A stretch of 64,000 nucleotides of DNA from contig CM022670.1 of the NCBI GenBank assembly GCA_012295275.1, positions 14,942,001-15,006,000 of the forward strand, read 5' to 3'. The position numbers and the translations under genes are program-made. Source of the DNA: Chrysomallon squamiferum (lineage: Eukaryota; Animalia; Mollusca). A model generated the notes under the pieces. The model had not been told where the DNA came from. It saw only the letters and a program-made list of their open reading frames with translations, and made no database searches. Position 1 is the stretch's first letter. Every line of letters begins with the position of its first letter. This document shows, piece by piece, positions 20,241 through 31,098 of the stretch.

Positions 20241-21479
20241 TTTCTTTGAGGTTTTCACAATAACATGTAGTAAATCACAAAAGTTATTACCTTTCAATGA
20301 AACATCTTTTGGATGATTGTTAAATTTATTCAAACTTTATGTTTGTTAGTGAGAAAAGTTCTTTATAACTCCGACAAGAATGGGAGATAAACATGATTAA
20401 TATTGCTGCCCCATTTATTGCGGTGGATCAGTTATTTTTGATTATACGTTTTGAAATGGATTATAATGTTTTAAACATGTAAATATAAATATTATATAGA
20501 TGTACACACAGATAAACATAAGCATACATACACTGATGCATCTGTGGACATGAACAGTGAAAATAAATTAATGAGAAATGACTAGTTACCATTTAAAATA
20601 GAGAAATATACTAAGCAAATAAATAAATAAATGTAAATAAATCAATAAATAAATATTTATAATTAATAAATAAAAAAAAAAAAAAAATAATAATAATAAA
20701 ATAAACATAAAAGTAAAAATATTAATGGTAAATGAAATATTAATGCTACAGTTGCAGCTGTAGCAGAGGTAGTAATGAAAGTGGTAGTAATGATTGTCTT
20801 AGGGGGAAATAGCTGCAACTGTAACAAAAAAGTTTTAGTTGTTTTTTTGTTGTAGAATAAAATGTAATTGTTCTTCCTGTAATAGTATTAATAGATTTAA
20901 TGTTGATAATTTTAATTAATTTATTTATTTATTGAAATAGGAAAACTGCGGTGTGCATTACACGTTAAATATGCTTACCGGGACTGGCAATCATAAAATA
21001 ACCTTGACATGAATCAAGACGTCAGTGTTTTAGATCCAACTGACCTAAGAAAATACCGGTGCACGTAGAATGCAATATTAAGTGCACCAGGGGAGAACAG
21101 CAAAACAGAAATTATGTGTGAATAAATCCGGGTGCATGGTAAATGTGCATCGGTGCTTGTCGGAAGTTTCGAGTTTAATACTTCGAAGGACAGGCGAGGA
21201 AAATCGGTCAAAATGACCCGCAAAGTGACCCGTATGAGATGAACTGTCGTAGTATTTCATTTATTCAAATGATAATTAATGTAAATATGTTCAATAAAAG
21301 TTTAATTTTATTTTTGTTTTATTATTATTATTATTTTAAAGCGAGAAAGGTATTAACTATGTCATAGTTGCAAATACGGTCGTATGTAAACTCTTTTTGA
21401 AATGAGGCAAAAACACTTGATCGCCGAGCTAATAACAGTTTGGGCGGGGGCTTAGGCGCCGACTAAGCCTTTCATAGTT

Positions 21480-22170
21480 TATATTTTTGCTTTGAGTTGC
21501 GTGCTAAAATCCGAGTTACAACCGAGCTTCAGATACGCCGCCGCTAGTTGACGCAACGAACAACATAGCATCCCGCGTTTCACTCGTGTTTTTTTTTTTT
21601 TTTTTTTCACGTGGTTATCTCGCTGCACAAGGGTCTCTGTTGCGTTGTGCTCGCGTTTTGTGCAGTATTTTGCCAAATTTCTTTTTTTCTGGCCACGGAT
21701 CCTAAGAAAGTGAGTGTAAACGACAGTGCTGAGAAGATGAAGCGGATGATGTCCATCGAATTAAAGCTTGATCATAGAAAAACAGTCGACTTGGGTTGGT
21801 ACTACGAGCATGGTACGTCTACGATATGTACCATACTGAAGCTGAAGGAGTGAATAAAGACTGTAACTCCAGCCAAAGGCGTTAAAATAATTTGTCTGAT
21901 CTCTAAGATAAATACACTTTACAAAACCAGTTTATTTCTTTACATTCTCTTTTATTTTGTTTTTATACATTATTTGTCATTTATAAATACATTTTTCTTA
22001 TTTAAAAACACGTTACAAAAAAAAAAAAAAAAATTGTGTAATGTTTTGGGGTGGCTGGAACGGATTAATGGTATTTCAGTTAATTTCAGTTGGAAAAATT
22101 GATTTGATATACGAGCAAATTGAGATACGAGCTTGGTCACGGAACAGATTAAACTCTTCAGTCACGGTAT
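21480..22170 (+). mobile_element. Internally deleted, non-autonomous Tigger/pogo-family DNA transposon
   Basis: 21695-21893 encodes a disrupted CENP-B/psq-type HTH start (TDPKKVSVNDSAEKMKRMMSIELK...VDL...YEHGTSTICTILKLKE*IKTVTPAKGVKII) with the start codon lost. 22050-22170 (ggaacggattaatgg...gatatacgagcaaattgagatacgagc...tcacggaac...) resembles the recalled Tigger 3' end. No DDE domain is present. Boundaries are approximate. Confidence 0.8.
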
Positions 22171-22689
22171 ATTATATATAAAGTCTCAATTTCGATATGA
22201 GGTATTTGCCTCAATTCAGTTACGACCATGAATACAATGTGTGAGGGAAACAAGAAGGCAGTTACTAAACTGCTTGAAGCGTGAAGCTATCTTCAAATAA
22301 AACATCTTTGCCGAGAGATCGGATGGACAAAGTTTTCTTCCAAAGAGCAAAGATATGTTCGACAATGCAGATACGATGGATAGGTTTTCTTTTTATGTTG
22401 CATGCCATTAAATGCCTAAAAACTGTTTATGGTCAGGCATTTGGTAGGTATTAATAACTGGAAACAGAATGCCTTAATTTAAATTATTTAAAATACTTAA
22501 ATGGATTTGTTTTCATAAACAAATCTGTTGTTTATGAAAATATTGACATTTGTTAGATGGTTAGGTGAATTTATATTTATGTATTAAATGTGTTATTTAT
22601 TAAAATGTTGACATTTGTAATTTAGGTTGTTTTTCTCCTTCCATTTTTTTAATTTTTTTATGCTGCAGTCCTGTGCCATCTGAAGGAAT

Positions 22690-23530
22690 ATGGGATCATT
22701 TTTCAGTCCAAAGGCAACCATTGCGGGCAAACTTCATGATGACATCAAAATCGTGTTAACTTGTGTCCGAAAATTCAGCAGTGGAATGTGGGAAACTGAG
22801 GGTAAGCATGGTTCAGCGAGGAGTCACGTTTCCTTCTCCAGCGACGTGATAGACGACAGCCTGTTCACGGACGTCGCAATGAATATTTTGTGAACAACTG
22901 CGTTAACCAAGCTGACTGATTCAGTGGACGGAGTGCCATGACGTAGAGAGCCATCTCATACGCTGGCAGAAGTAAGCTTGTGTTCGTACAAGATAACCTG
23001 ACACATACACACTATCAGGATGAAATTCTTCTCATTTGGGATAGACAAGATAATGCCAGGCTGCATGCGGCCCGTGTAACAATGGATTTCCTACAAAATG
23101 AGAACATCAATGTGCTCTGATAACCATCAAAATCGTCAATCTCAATCTCACTGAACATCTGCTGGAAGAACTTAACAGAGGTATACGCCTACGTGACACA
23201 TAGCCTCAAACGTTTCCGCAGTTGTCACATCACTTCAGGAAGAATGGGCTAGGATTCTACGTGCCTGGATTCAGAGACTCATTCAGTCTATGCCAAGGAG
23301 ATATCCCGCATGGATGTTGCTGCTGGTGGCCACACAAACTACTGATTTCAGCACACTCTCGCTCCATATTAAGAACAATGTCACATGCTGGAAAATTTAC
23401 GATATAATGTTTATTGAAATCATAAAGCAAATATTGCTGGTCATGATTTTAAATTAGCCCTAATATTCCGAGCCCCGGAAGTAAATTATTTAGAATTTGA
23501 AAAACTGATTCACCTTTGTGTTTAATATGT
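22690..23530 (+). mobile_element. Decayed Tc1-family (DD34E) transposase remnant
   Basis: Translation through stops and frameshifts from ~22808: WFSEESRFLLQRRD...RRNEYFVNNCV...GRSAMT*RAISYAGRSKLVFVQDNLT...QDNARLHAARVTMDFLQNENINVL**PSKS...LNLTEHL. This matches the Tc1 motifs FSDESRF, SVMVWGAIS, QDNARPH and WPxxSPDLNPIEHLW. Boundaries are approximate. Confidence 0.85.
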
Positions 23531-24028
23531 GTGTTTATAACAGAATTTGGTTTTAGGTTGCCATGGATTGATTTCGTTATTTCAACATATCTGATATATT
23601 AACATTTTTCCTTAAAAACAAAGATTTCAGTAATGAAGAATTAAGGATTCACATGGCTAGATTTTCCTCAGCTGTAAGAATGACCGTTTGAAAGCGTAGA
23701 AATATTTGTCTTTTAAAAGGTAATTTATTTGAAGATGTGGTTTTGTTTGTCATAATATTTAATGGAATATTAAATACTTTACATATAACGAATATTTATT
23801 CATTAAGAATTGTGTCTCAGTTTCTGAAAATAACGACATAATTATTAGTTGGTAATTATATTTTAAACGTGCACATAAAGAGTTTTTCAAATTTTTATTT
23901 TATTCGTTATTTTTAATATATTCTACTATTTAATTGTAATGTGCATTTTTTTTTCTAAGCATATAAATTCATGAAAAAAAAGAAGAAAAAAGAAGAAAAT
24001 AAAAGAAAAGATAAAAGTATTAGAGTGC

Positions 24029-24087
24029 ATGATGTCACGTGGCAACGAATGACGTCAAATCAAACCGTTTGCCAGTAGATGACGCCA
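24029..24087 (+). promoter_or_regulatory. bZIP/bHLH site cluster upstream of the PLAC8 gene (repeated in every unit)
   Basis: GTCACGTGGC at 24034-24043, perfect CRE TGACGTCA at 24050-24057, TGACGCCA at 24080-24087 and TGATGTCA at 24030-24037. All lie 50-105 bp before the ATG in otherwise very AT-rich DNA. Confidence 0.55.
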
Positions 24088-24134
24088 TTGTTTTATTTAT
24101 CATTTCGTTAAGTATTTTGTAAGGCGATTTTAAA

Positions 24135-24470
24135 ATGTCAGGTTCGTGGACGTACAGTCTGTTTGGATGCTACCACGATATCTGTACCTGCTTCATCACG
24201 GTCATCTTCCCGTGTATTACATTCGGAAATAATGCTTCGATGGTCGGCCATAACTGCTGTGTTTGTGCTGTGCTATACACCATTCCCGTGCTGGACTGTT
24301 TAGCTGCATGGTCGGTGAGAAGAAAGATCCGGGAGGTGAGAGGTATCAGTGGAAACTGTTTGACCGATACTTTCGCTGTGTTGGTCTGTCCTCTGTGTGC
24401 GCTGGTGCAAGAAGCCCAGGAACTTAAAGATTTGAGATCGCCAAGTGCCATCGTCATAGAACGGGAGTAG
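24135..24470 (+). CDS. PLAC8: PLAC8/cornifelin-family Cys-rich protein, array copy 1 (type A), 111 aa, intronless CDS
   Basis: Family motifs WxxxLFGCxxD, FPCITFG, RxKIRxxxGIxGxCxxD and CPLCALVQEAQE. 11 Cys. AAAATG start context. Confidence 0.93.
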   Translation: MSGSWTYSLFGCYHDICTCFITVIFPCITFGNNASMVGHNCCVCAVLYTIPVLDCLAAWSVRRKIREVRGISGNCLTDTFAVLVCPLCALVQEAQELKDLRSPSAIVIERE

Positions 24471-24531
24471 AACGTCATTTTAAAATACAAGTTTGGAAAA
24501 TGTTTTAAAGAAGTCGTCAGCTTAAGTTACC

Positions 24532-24564
24532 AAAAAAAAAAAAAAAAAAAAAAAAAAAGAAAAG

Positions 24565-24639
<75 letters not shown>

Positions 24640-24730
24640 AAAGAAAACTGAAATAATTAAAAAAAAAAATAATGAAAAAACAACCCCCAAAAAAAAAAAA
24701 AAAAAAAAAAAAAAATGAAAATAAAACAAA
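24532..24730 (+). repeat. A-rich tract ~60 bp downstream of the PLAC8 stop (also at ~29004, ~33514, ~38011, ~42466)
   Basis: About 200 bp of poly(A) interrupted by G/T/C. Structure differs between units. Confidence 0.9.
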
Positions 24731-25284
24731 CAATAAAGAATTATAAAATAAACTTAATACGACTAAAACAACGAACATTTTTAAAAAAAATATTTAATCT
24801 GGACTTTATGAATATATGACATTAACGTTCTTAAATTACAACCATATAGATGTGTTTCTTATATGTGTATTTATTTATTATATATAAGTTTATTTTACAA
24901 AATGAATATAGTAATATATATGTATATGTACAATATGAATTTGTTGTTATCACTTTGTTTTGAAAATACATTTTAGAAAGTAAAAATTGTAAAATTGATC
25001 ACTGAAGGGTATATATACGCATGAGGATGAAGATAGTCTCCCCTTACTGTCTCGTTCTTTAAATATTCTCATAAATATTCTGATATCAAAATAAAGAAAC
25101 TAAGTTTATATCTATCATTTACTATTTATTTATGTTTTCTCAGTTTCAAACATTTCATTATTTTGTTTTTTACTGTCTCTGAAAGTATTTGAAACTGGTC
25201 TGTATAGATATATCACTTTTATAATTGTGATTAAGTAACCCGTTCCCTCGGCGCCACTCCCCAAAACAAAACAATAAGAACAAA

Positions 25285-25327
<43 letters not shown>

Positions 25328-26544
25328 AATAAAAACTTCCATAATATTTGTGTATTACATTTCACTGGCTCCATTACAGCTCGGATATGTTTATTGCTCA
25401 TAAATTTAAGTTCTTTTAATTTTTATCACTTAACAACACTCGTTCAAAAACAAAAAAGAAAAAAAACGAATAAAAAATGAAACAAATAAAAATCTATGTA
25501 TAATTCGTATAATAAACAATATATAACAGATACCCAGTAACTTTAAGAAAAAGTGAAATATTTTAGTGATATCTTATCAGACAGCCTTTACCTGTTTACA
25601 TTGACAACAACGCATTCTTACGTCTTGCTGATCATGTCATTATAAATACGTTTATAAATATACAGAGATTTAGCTATGCAGTTCAGTTTACTGTATATTA
25701 TGTGAAAAAAAAGGTGTTATTGGCTTATCTGAAAAACTTGGAGCGTATGTCATCAGACATTCAGACATCATTCGAGTTGTATCGGGACATCTCTATACTT
25801 ACCACTCTAAGTACATCGACCCTCAGTGCTAATGTAAATAATATTCTATAGACTTTAAATAAATATTTTAATAAGTAAAAAAGAACAACATCAGCAACAA
25901 CAAAACAAACAAAAAATGAGTAAAAAACTGATTAATTACTAACTGACATCACAATTAATGCAGTGTTTAATTGTGGTGTTTTAAATTTAATATTTTTATT
26001 CCCCGGTACAAAAGAAAAGTATTTGCACCGAAGATAATTTCACGGTTAAGACAATGAAATATTTACAGAGATCAGTCTAATGGACATTAAAATTTTAGAT
26101 GAGGTTAGACCAACTGATAATATTTTAGGTGTGGATTTGAATCGAGCGAGCGAGGACAGTTCATATCATCTGTTCCGTAACAGGTCCCCTTGCCAAAGAC
26201 ACGTAAAACTGTTTTGCTGTGTTTATGTAATGTTTGCTCTGTTATATATTGCTGGTACTGCTCCAGTCTTCCCAACAGCTTGCTTAAATTATTTTAATGA
26301 CTCATAGGTTAGGAAAACATTCTGGGTATTTTGTTTTAAAGATTCATTCATTCAAATCGATGCAGCTTCAGAAGCTGACTCAAGGCGTCCAGTTCAGTGA
26401 CTACACAGGTAATATGGTAGAGTTTACATAATAGACAAGTGCTTACTTTTCGTTGAGTCAGTTGTGTTAATCATTTGGCTTATTGACTTTACAGCAGAAG
26501 TGTTTCTATTATTGTTTTTTTTGCATGTGTGTGTATGTAAGCAT

Positions 26545-26590
<46 letters not shown>

Positions 26591-28606
26591 TTTAATATAC
26601 CAATTTCATACAAGCAGTTACGAAACTTAACCGTAATCTTCTAATCGAAATTAACAAATGTAAAGATACTGTGATTTTCGAAGTATTTGTTTTCACAAAT
26701 TAGCGCTTTGTCTTTCCCACTTCAACATCCTCATTCATCTCATTTCACTCGAGAAAGACATTATTTGTATATGATTATTATATCTTTAACGACCAGTATG
26801 TTATATTTCATCTGTATGTATCAACAGTCGTGTACCGATCGAGTTGTGTAGGAACATCACTGTAACTAACGATCAAAATAGACCGACCCTGAATATTACT
26901 GTAAATAATAGCTAGTTAGAGATGCGATCTATCAAATTTCTTACATTTGTTGATAATGTAGAACAATCGTTCTAACAACTGGACTCGGACACATGATAAT
27001 CCGGAGACTTTCGTTCAAGAATGAACAGGTTTTCGTAACTTGACTGTCAACATTTGTACCACTGATAAAGGGCGGAGAAACAGCAGAATGCGCTTACCTG
27101 AGACAGTTAAACTTTGATCACGATAAAAAGTCCACAAACGAAACAGAAAATCGAACAGTAAGGCCAAGGCGCAGTTCACTCTTAGACAATAAAGAAAGAC
27201 AAAGCTGGGATAAAATCTGAGTTTATGTGTTCAAATATTCTATAGTCCCAGCGTTTCAACTGTTCCCTTTTTACCGAATGTGTTATTGAAGGTAAAGGGC
27301 AGGTAACTAGTGATGTTTTGAACCCGGTTTAGATCTGTATTTAGATGTCTGCCTTATGGAATGTCTGTTTTTGGTAGCAACCACTATCATTCAACTTCGT
27401 ATTTGAATAGTAATTATCTAAATATTCAAGTATTGCATGTTTAGAATGCATATTACGTTTCTTCCATGTATACAACATATGCAGAAATATGTCTATGTAT
27501 ATGTATATATATGTGTGTGTTCATGTGTTTGTGTGTGTGTTTGTCTGTCTATATGTGTGTGTATGTTTATGCATGTATTTGTATTCTTTTTAGAGCTTTT
27601 TTCTTCAGTACTCTTTCGTTTTTTTGCAGTTAACATCTATTTAAGACGACTGATAAATGTTTCTAAATTCCTATGTTGGTAGGTCATTGTTGTTAGATGA
27701 TTGCATATAATAAATATTTTTCTAAAGTAAGTTGTATGCTGTTTAAATAAAGAAACAAATCTGTATGATTAAAGGCAAAGCTGGATCTACTTTCAATCTG
27801 ACATAACTTTATTCAACACTATTATTATTATTATTATTATTATTATTTTATTTTTAACAAAGAAAAAGACCAATCAAACAACCACAGAATCTCCCAAAAT
27901 AATAATAACAGTATAACAACATCAGGATAAAAAGAACATTTAAGAGATAATTTTTTGTTTATATTGCTTTCTTTAGATTCATTTAAAGTTAGAACTTTTA
28001 ATAAAATAATAAAAACTAAATTATAAAATATTTATACTTAAAAAGTATCAAATAAAGACTGCTGACACAAAGTTACACATTAAAGTTCATTTTTTGTTTC
28101 TTCAATGTATATTTTAAGCAGTTCTCTAAATTTTCCTCAGCTGTAAGAATGACCGTTTGAAAGCGTAGAAATATTTGTCTTTTAAAAGGTAATTTATTTG
28201 AAGGTGTGGTTTTGTTTGTCATAATATTTAATGGAATATTAAATACTTTACATATAACGAATATTTATTCATTAAGAATTGTGTCTCAGTTTCTGAAAAT
28301 AACGACATAATTATTAGTTGGTAATTATATTTTAAACGTGCACATAAAGAGTTTTTCAAATTTTTATTTTATTCGTTATTTTTAATATATTCTACTATTT
28401 AATTGTAATGTGCATTTTTTTTTTCTAAGCATATAAATTAATGAAAAAAAAAAGAAGAAAAAAGAAGAAAATAAAAGAAAAGATAAAAGTATTAGAGTGC
28501 ATGATGTCACGTGGCAACGAATGACGTCAAATCAAACCGTTTGCCGGTAGCTGACGCCATTGTTTTATTTATCATTTCGTTAAGTATTTTGTAAGGCGAT
28601 TTTAAA

Positions 28607-28942
28607 ATGTCAGGTTCGTGGAAGTACAGTCTGTTTGGATGCTACCACGATATCTGTACCTGCTTCATCACGGTCATCTTCCCGTGTGTTACATTCGGAA
28701 ATAATGCTTCGATGGTCGGCCATAACTGCTGTGTTTGTGCTGTGCTATACACCATTCCCGTGCTGGACTGTTTAGCTGCATGGTCGGTGAGAAGAAAGAT
28801 CCGGAAGATGAGAGGTATCAGTGGAAACTGTTTGACCGATACTTTCGCTGTGTTGGTCTGTCCTCTGTGTGCGCTGGTGCAAGAAGCCCAGGAACTTAAA
28901 GCTTTGAGATCGCCAAGCGTCATGGTCATAGAACGGGAGTAG
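28607..28942 (+). CDS. PLAC8: PLAC8/cornifelin-family protein, array copy 2 (type B), 111 aa
   Basis: Intact ORF. Differs from copy 1 by T6K, I28V, E67K, V68M, D99A, A105V and I106M. Confidence 0.93.
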   Translation: MSGSWKYSLFGCYHDICTCFITVIFPCVTFGNNASMVGHNCCVCAVLYTIPVLDCLAAWSVRRKIRKMRGISGNCLTDTFAVLVCPLCALVQEAQELKALRSPSVMVIERE

Positions 28943-29076
28943 AACGTCATTTTAAAATACAAGTTTGGAAAATGTTTTAAAGAAGTCGTCAGCTTAAGTT
29001 ACCAAAAAAAAAAAAAAAAGAAAAAAGAAAAGAAAAGGAAAAGAGAAAAGAAAAAAAGAAAAGGAAAAAGAAAAAG

Positions 29077-29108
<32 letters not shown>

Positions 29109-29158
29109 AAAGAAAACTGAAATAGTTAAAAAAAAAATAATAATGAAAAAACAACCCC

Positions 29159-29193
<35 letters not shown>

Positions 29194-31056
29194 AAAATAA
29201 AACAAACAATAAAAAGGACCCTATATGTATATAATAACAAAAGAAAATAAGTAAATAATAAAGACTTATAAAATAAACTTAATACGACTAAAACAACGAA
29301 CATTTAAAAAAAATATATTTAATCTGGACTTTATGAATATATGACATTAACGTTCTTAAATTACAACCATATAGATGTGTTTCTTATATGTGTATTTATT
29401 TATTATATATAAGTTTATTTTACAAAATGAATATAGTAATATATATGTATATGTACAATATGAATTTGTTGTTATCACTTTGTTTTGAAAATACATTTTA
29501 GAAAGTAAAAATTGTAAAATTGATCACTGAAGGGTATATATACGCATGAGGATGAAGATAGTCTCCCCTTACTGTCTCGTTCTTTAAATATTCTCATAAA
29601 TATTCTGATATCAAAATAAAGAAACTAAGTTTATATCTATCATTTACTATTTATTTATGTTTTCTCAGTTTCAAACATTTCATTATTTTGTTTTTTACTG
29701 TCTGAAAGTATTTGAAACTGGTCTGTATAGATATATCACTTTTATAATTGTGATTAAGTAACCCGTTCCCTCGGCGCCACTCCCCAAAACAAAACAATAA
29801 GAACAAATAAATAAATAAATAAATAAAAAATAAAAACTTCCATAATATTTGTGTATTACATTTTACTGGCTCCATTACAGCTCGGATATGTTTATTGCTC
29901 ATAAATTTAAGTTCTTTTAATTTTTATCACTTAACAACACTCGTTCAAAAAACAAAAAAGAAAAAAAAATGAATAAAAAATGAAACAAATAAAAATCTAT
30001 GTATAATTCGTATAATAAACAATATATAACAGATACCCAGTAACTTTAAGAAAAAGTGAAATATTTTAGTGATATCTTATCAGACAGCCTTTACCTGTTT
30101 ACATTGACAACAACGCATTCTTACGTCTTGCTGATCATGTCATTATAAATACGTGTATAAATATACAGAGATTTAGCTATGCAGTTCAGTTTCCTGTATA
30201 TTATGTGAAAAAAAAGGTGTTATTGGCTTATCTGAAAAAACTTGGAGCGTATGTCATCAGACATTCAGACATCATTCGAGTTGTATCGGGACATCTCTAT
30301 ACTTACCACTCTAAGTACATCGACCCTCAGTGCTAATGTAAATAATATTCTATAGACTTTAAATAAATATTTTAATAAGTAAAAAAGAACAACATCAGCA
30401 ACAACAAAACAAACAAAAAATGAGTAAAAAACTGATTAATTACTAACTGACATCACAATTAATGCAGTGTTTAATTGTGGTGTTTTAAATTTAATATTTT
30501 TATTCCCCGGTACAAAAGAAAAGTATTTGCACCGAAGATAATTTCACGGTTAAGACAATGAAATATTTACAGAGATCAGTCTAATGGACTAATGGACATT
30601 AAAATTTTAGATGAGGTTAGACCAACTGATAATATTTTAGGTGTGGATTTGAATCGAGCGAGCGAGGACAGTTCATATCATCTGTTCCGTAACAGGTCCC
30701 CTTGCCAAAGAAACGTAAAACTGTTTTGCTGTGTTTATGTAATGTTTGCTCTGTTATATATTGCTGGTACTGCTCCAGTCTTCCCAACAGCTTGCTTAAA
30801 TTATTTTAATGACTCATAGGTTAGGAAAACATTCTGGGTATTTTGTTTTAAAGATTCATTCATTCAAATCGATGCAGCTTCAGAAGCTGACTCAAGGCGT
30901 CCAGTTCAGTGACTACACAGGTAATATGGTAGAGTTTACATAATAGACAAGTGCTTACTTTTCGTTGAGTCAGTTGTGTTAATCATTTGGCTTATTGACT
31001 TTACAGCAGAAGTGTTTCTATTATTGTTTTTTTTGCATGTGTGTGTATGTAAGCAT

Positions 31057-31098
<42 letters not shown>

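Noticed and set aside
24170-24490. 106-aa antisense ORF repeated in each unit (also the overlapping ORFs at 47011-47367, 48449-48922 and 48603-48929)
   Set aside because: Shadow frames of the PLAC8 CDSs with no family motifs. Their recurrence only reflects the recent duplication.
24517-24778. Poly-Phe ORFs, and likewise the poly-ER/SL/HT/Ile ORFs between 54.9 and 63.8 kb
   Set aside because: Translations of homopolymers and microsatellites.
26080-26307. 75-aa ORF MDIKILDEVRP... present in all five units
   Set aside because: No recognisable domain. Conservation is expected at ~99% unit identity and is not evidence of coding.
27437-27682. Cys/Val-rich ORF that could be mistaken for a metal-binding peptide
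   Set aside because: It is the translation of a (TG/TA)n low-complexity tract, and it is disrupted by a stop in unit 5.
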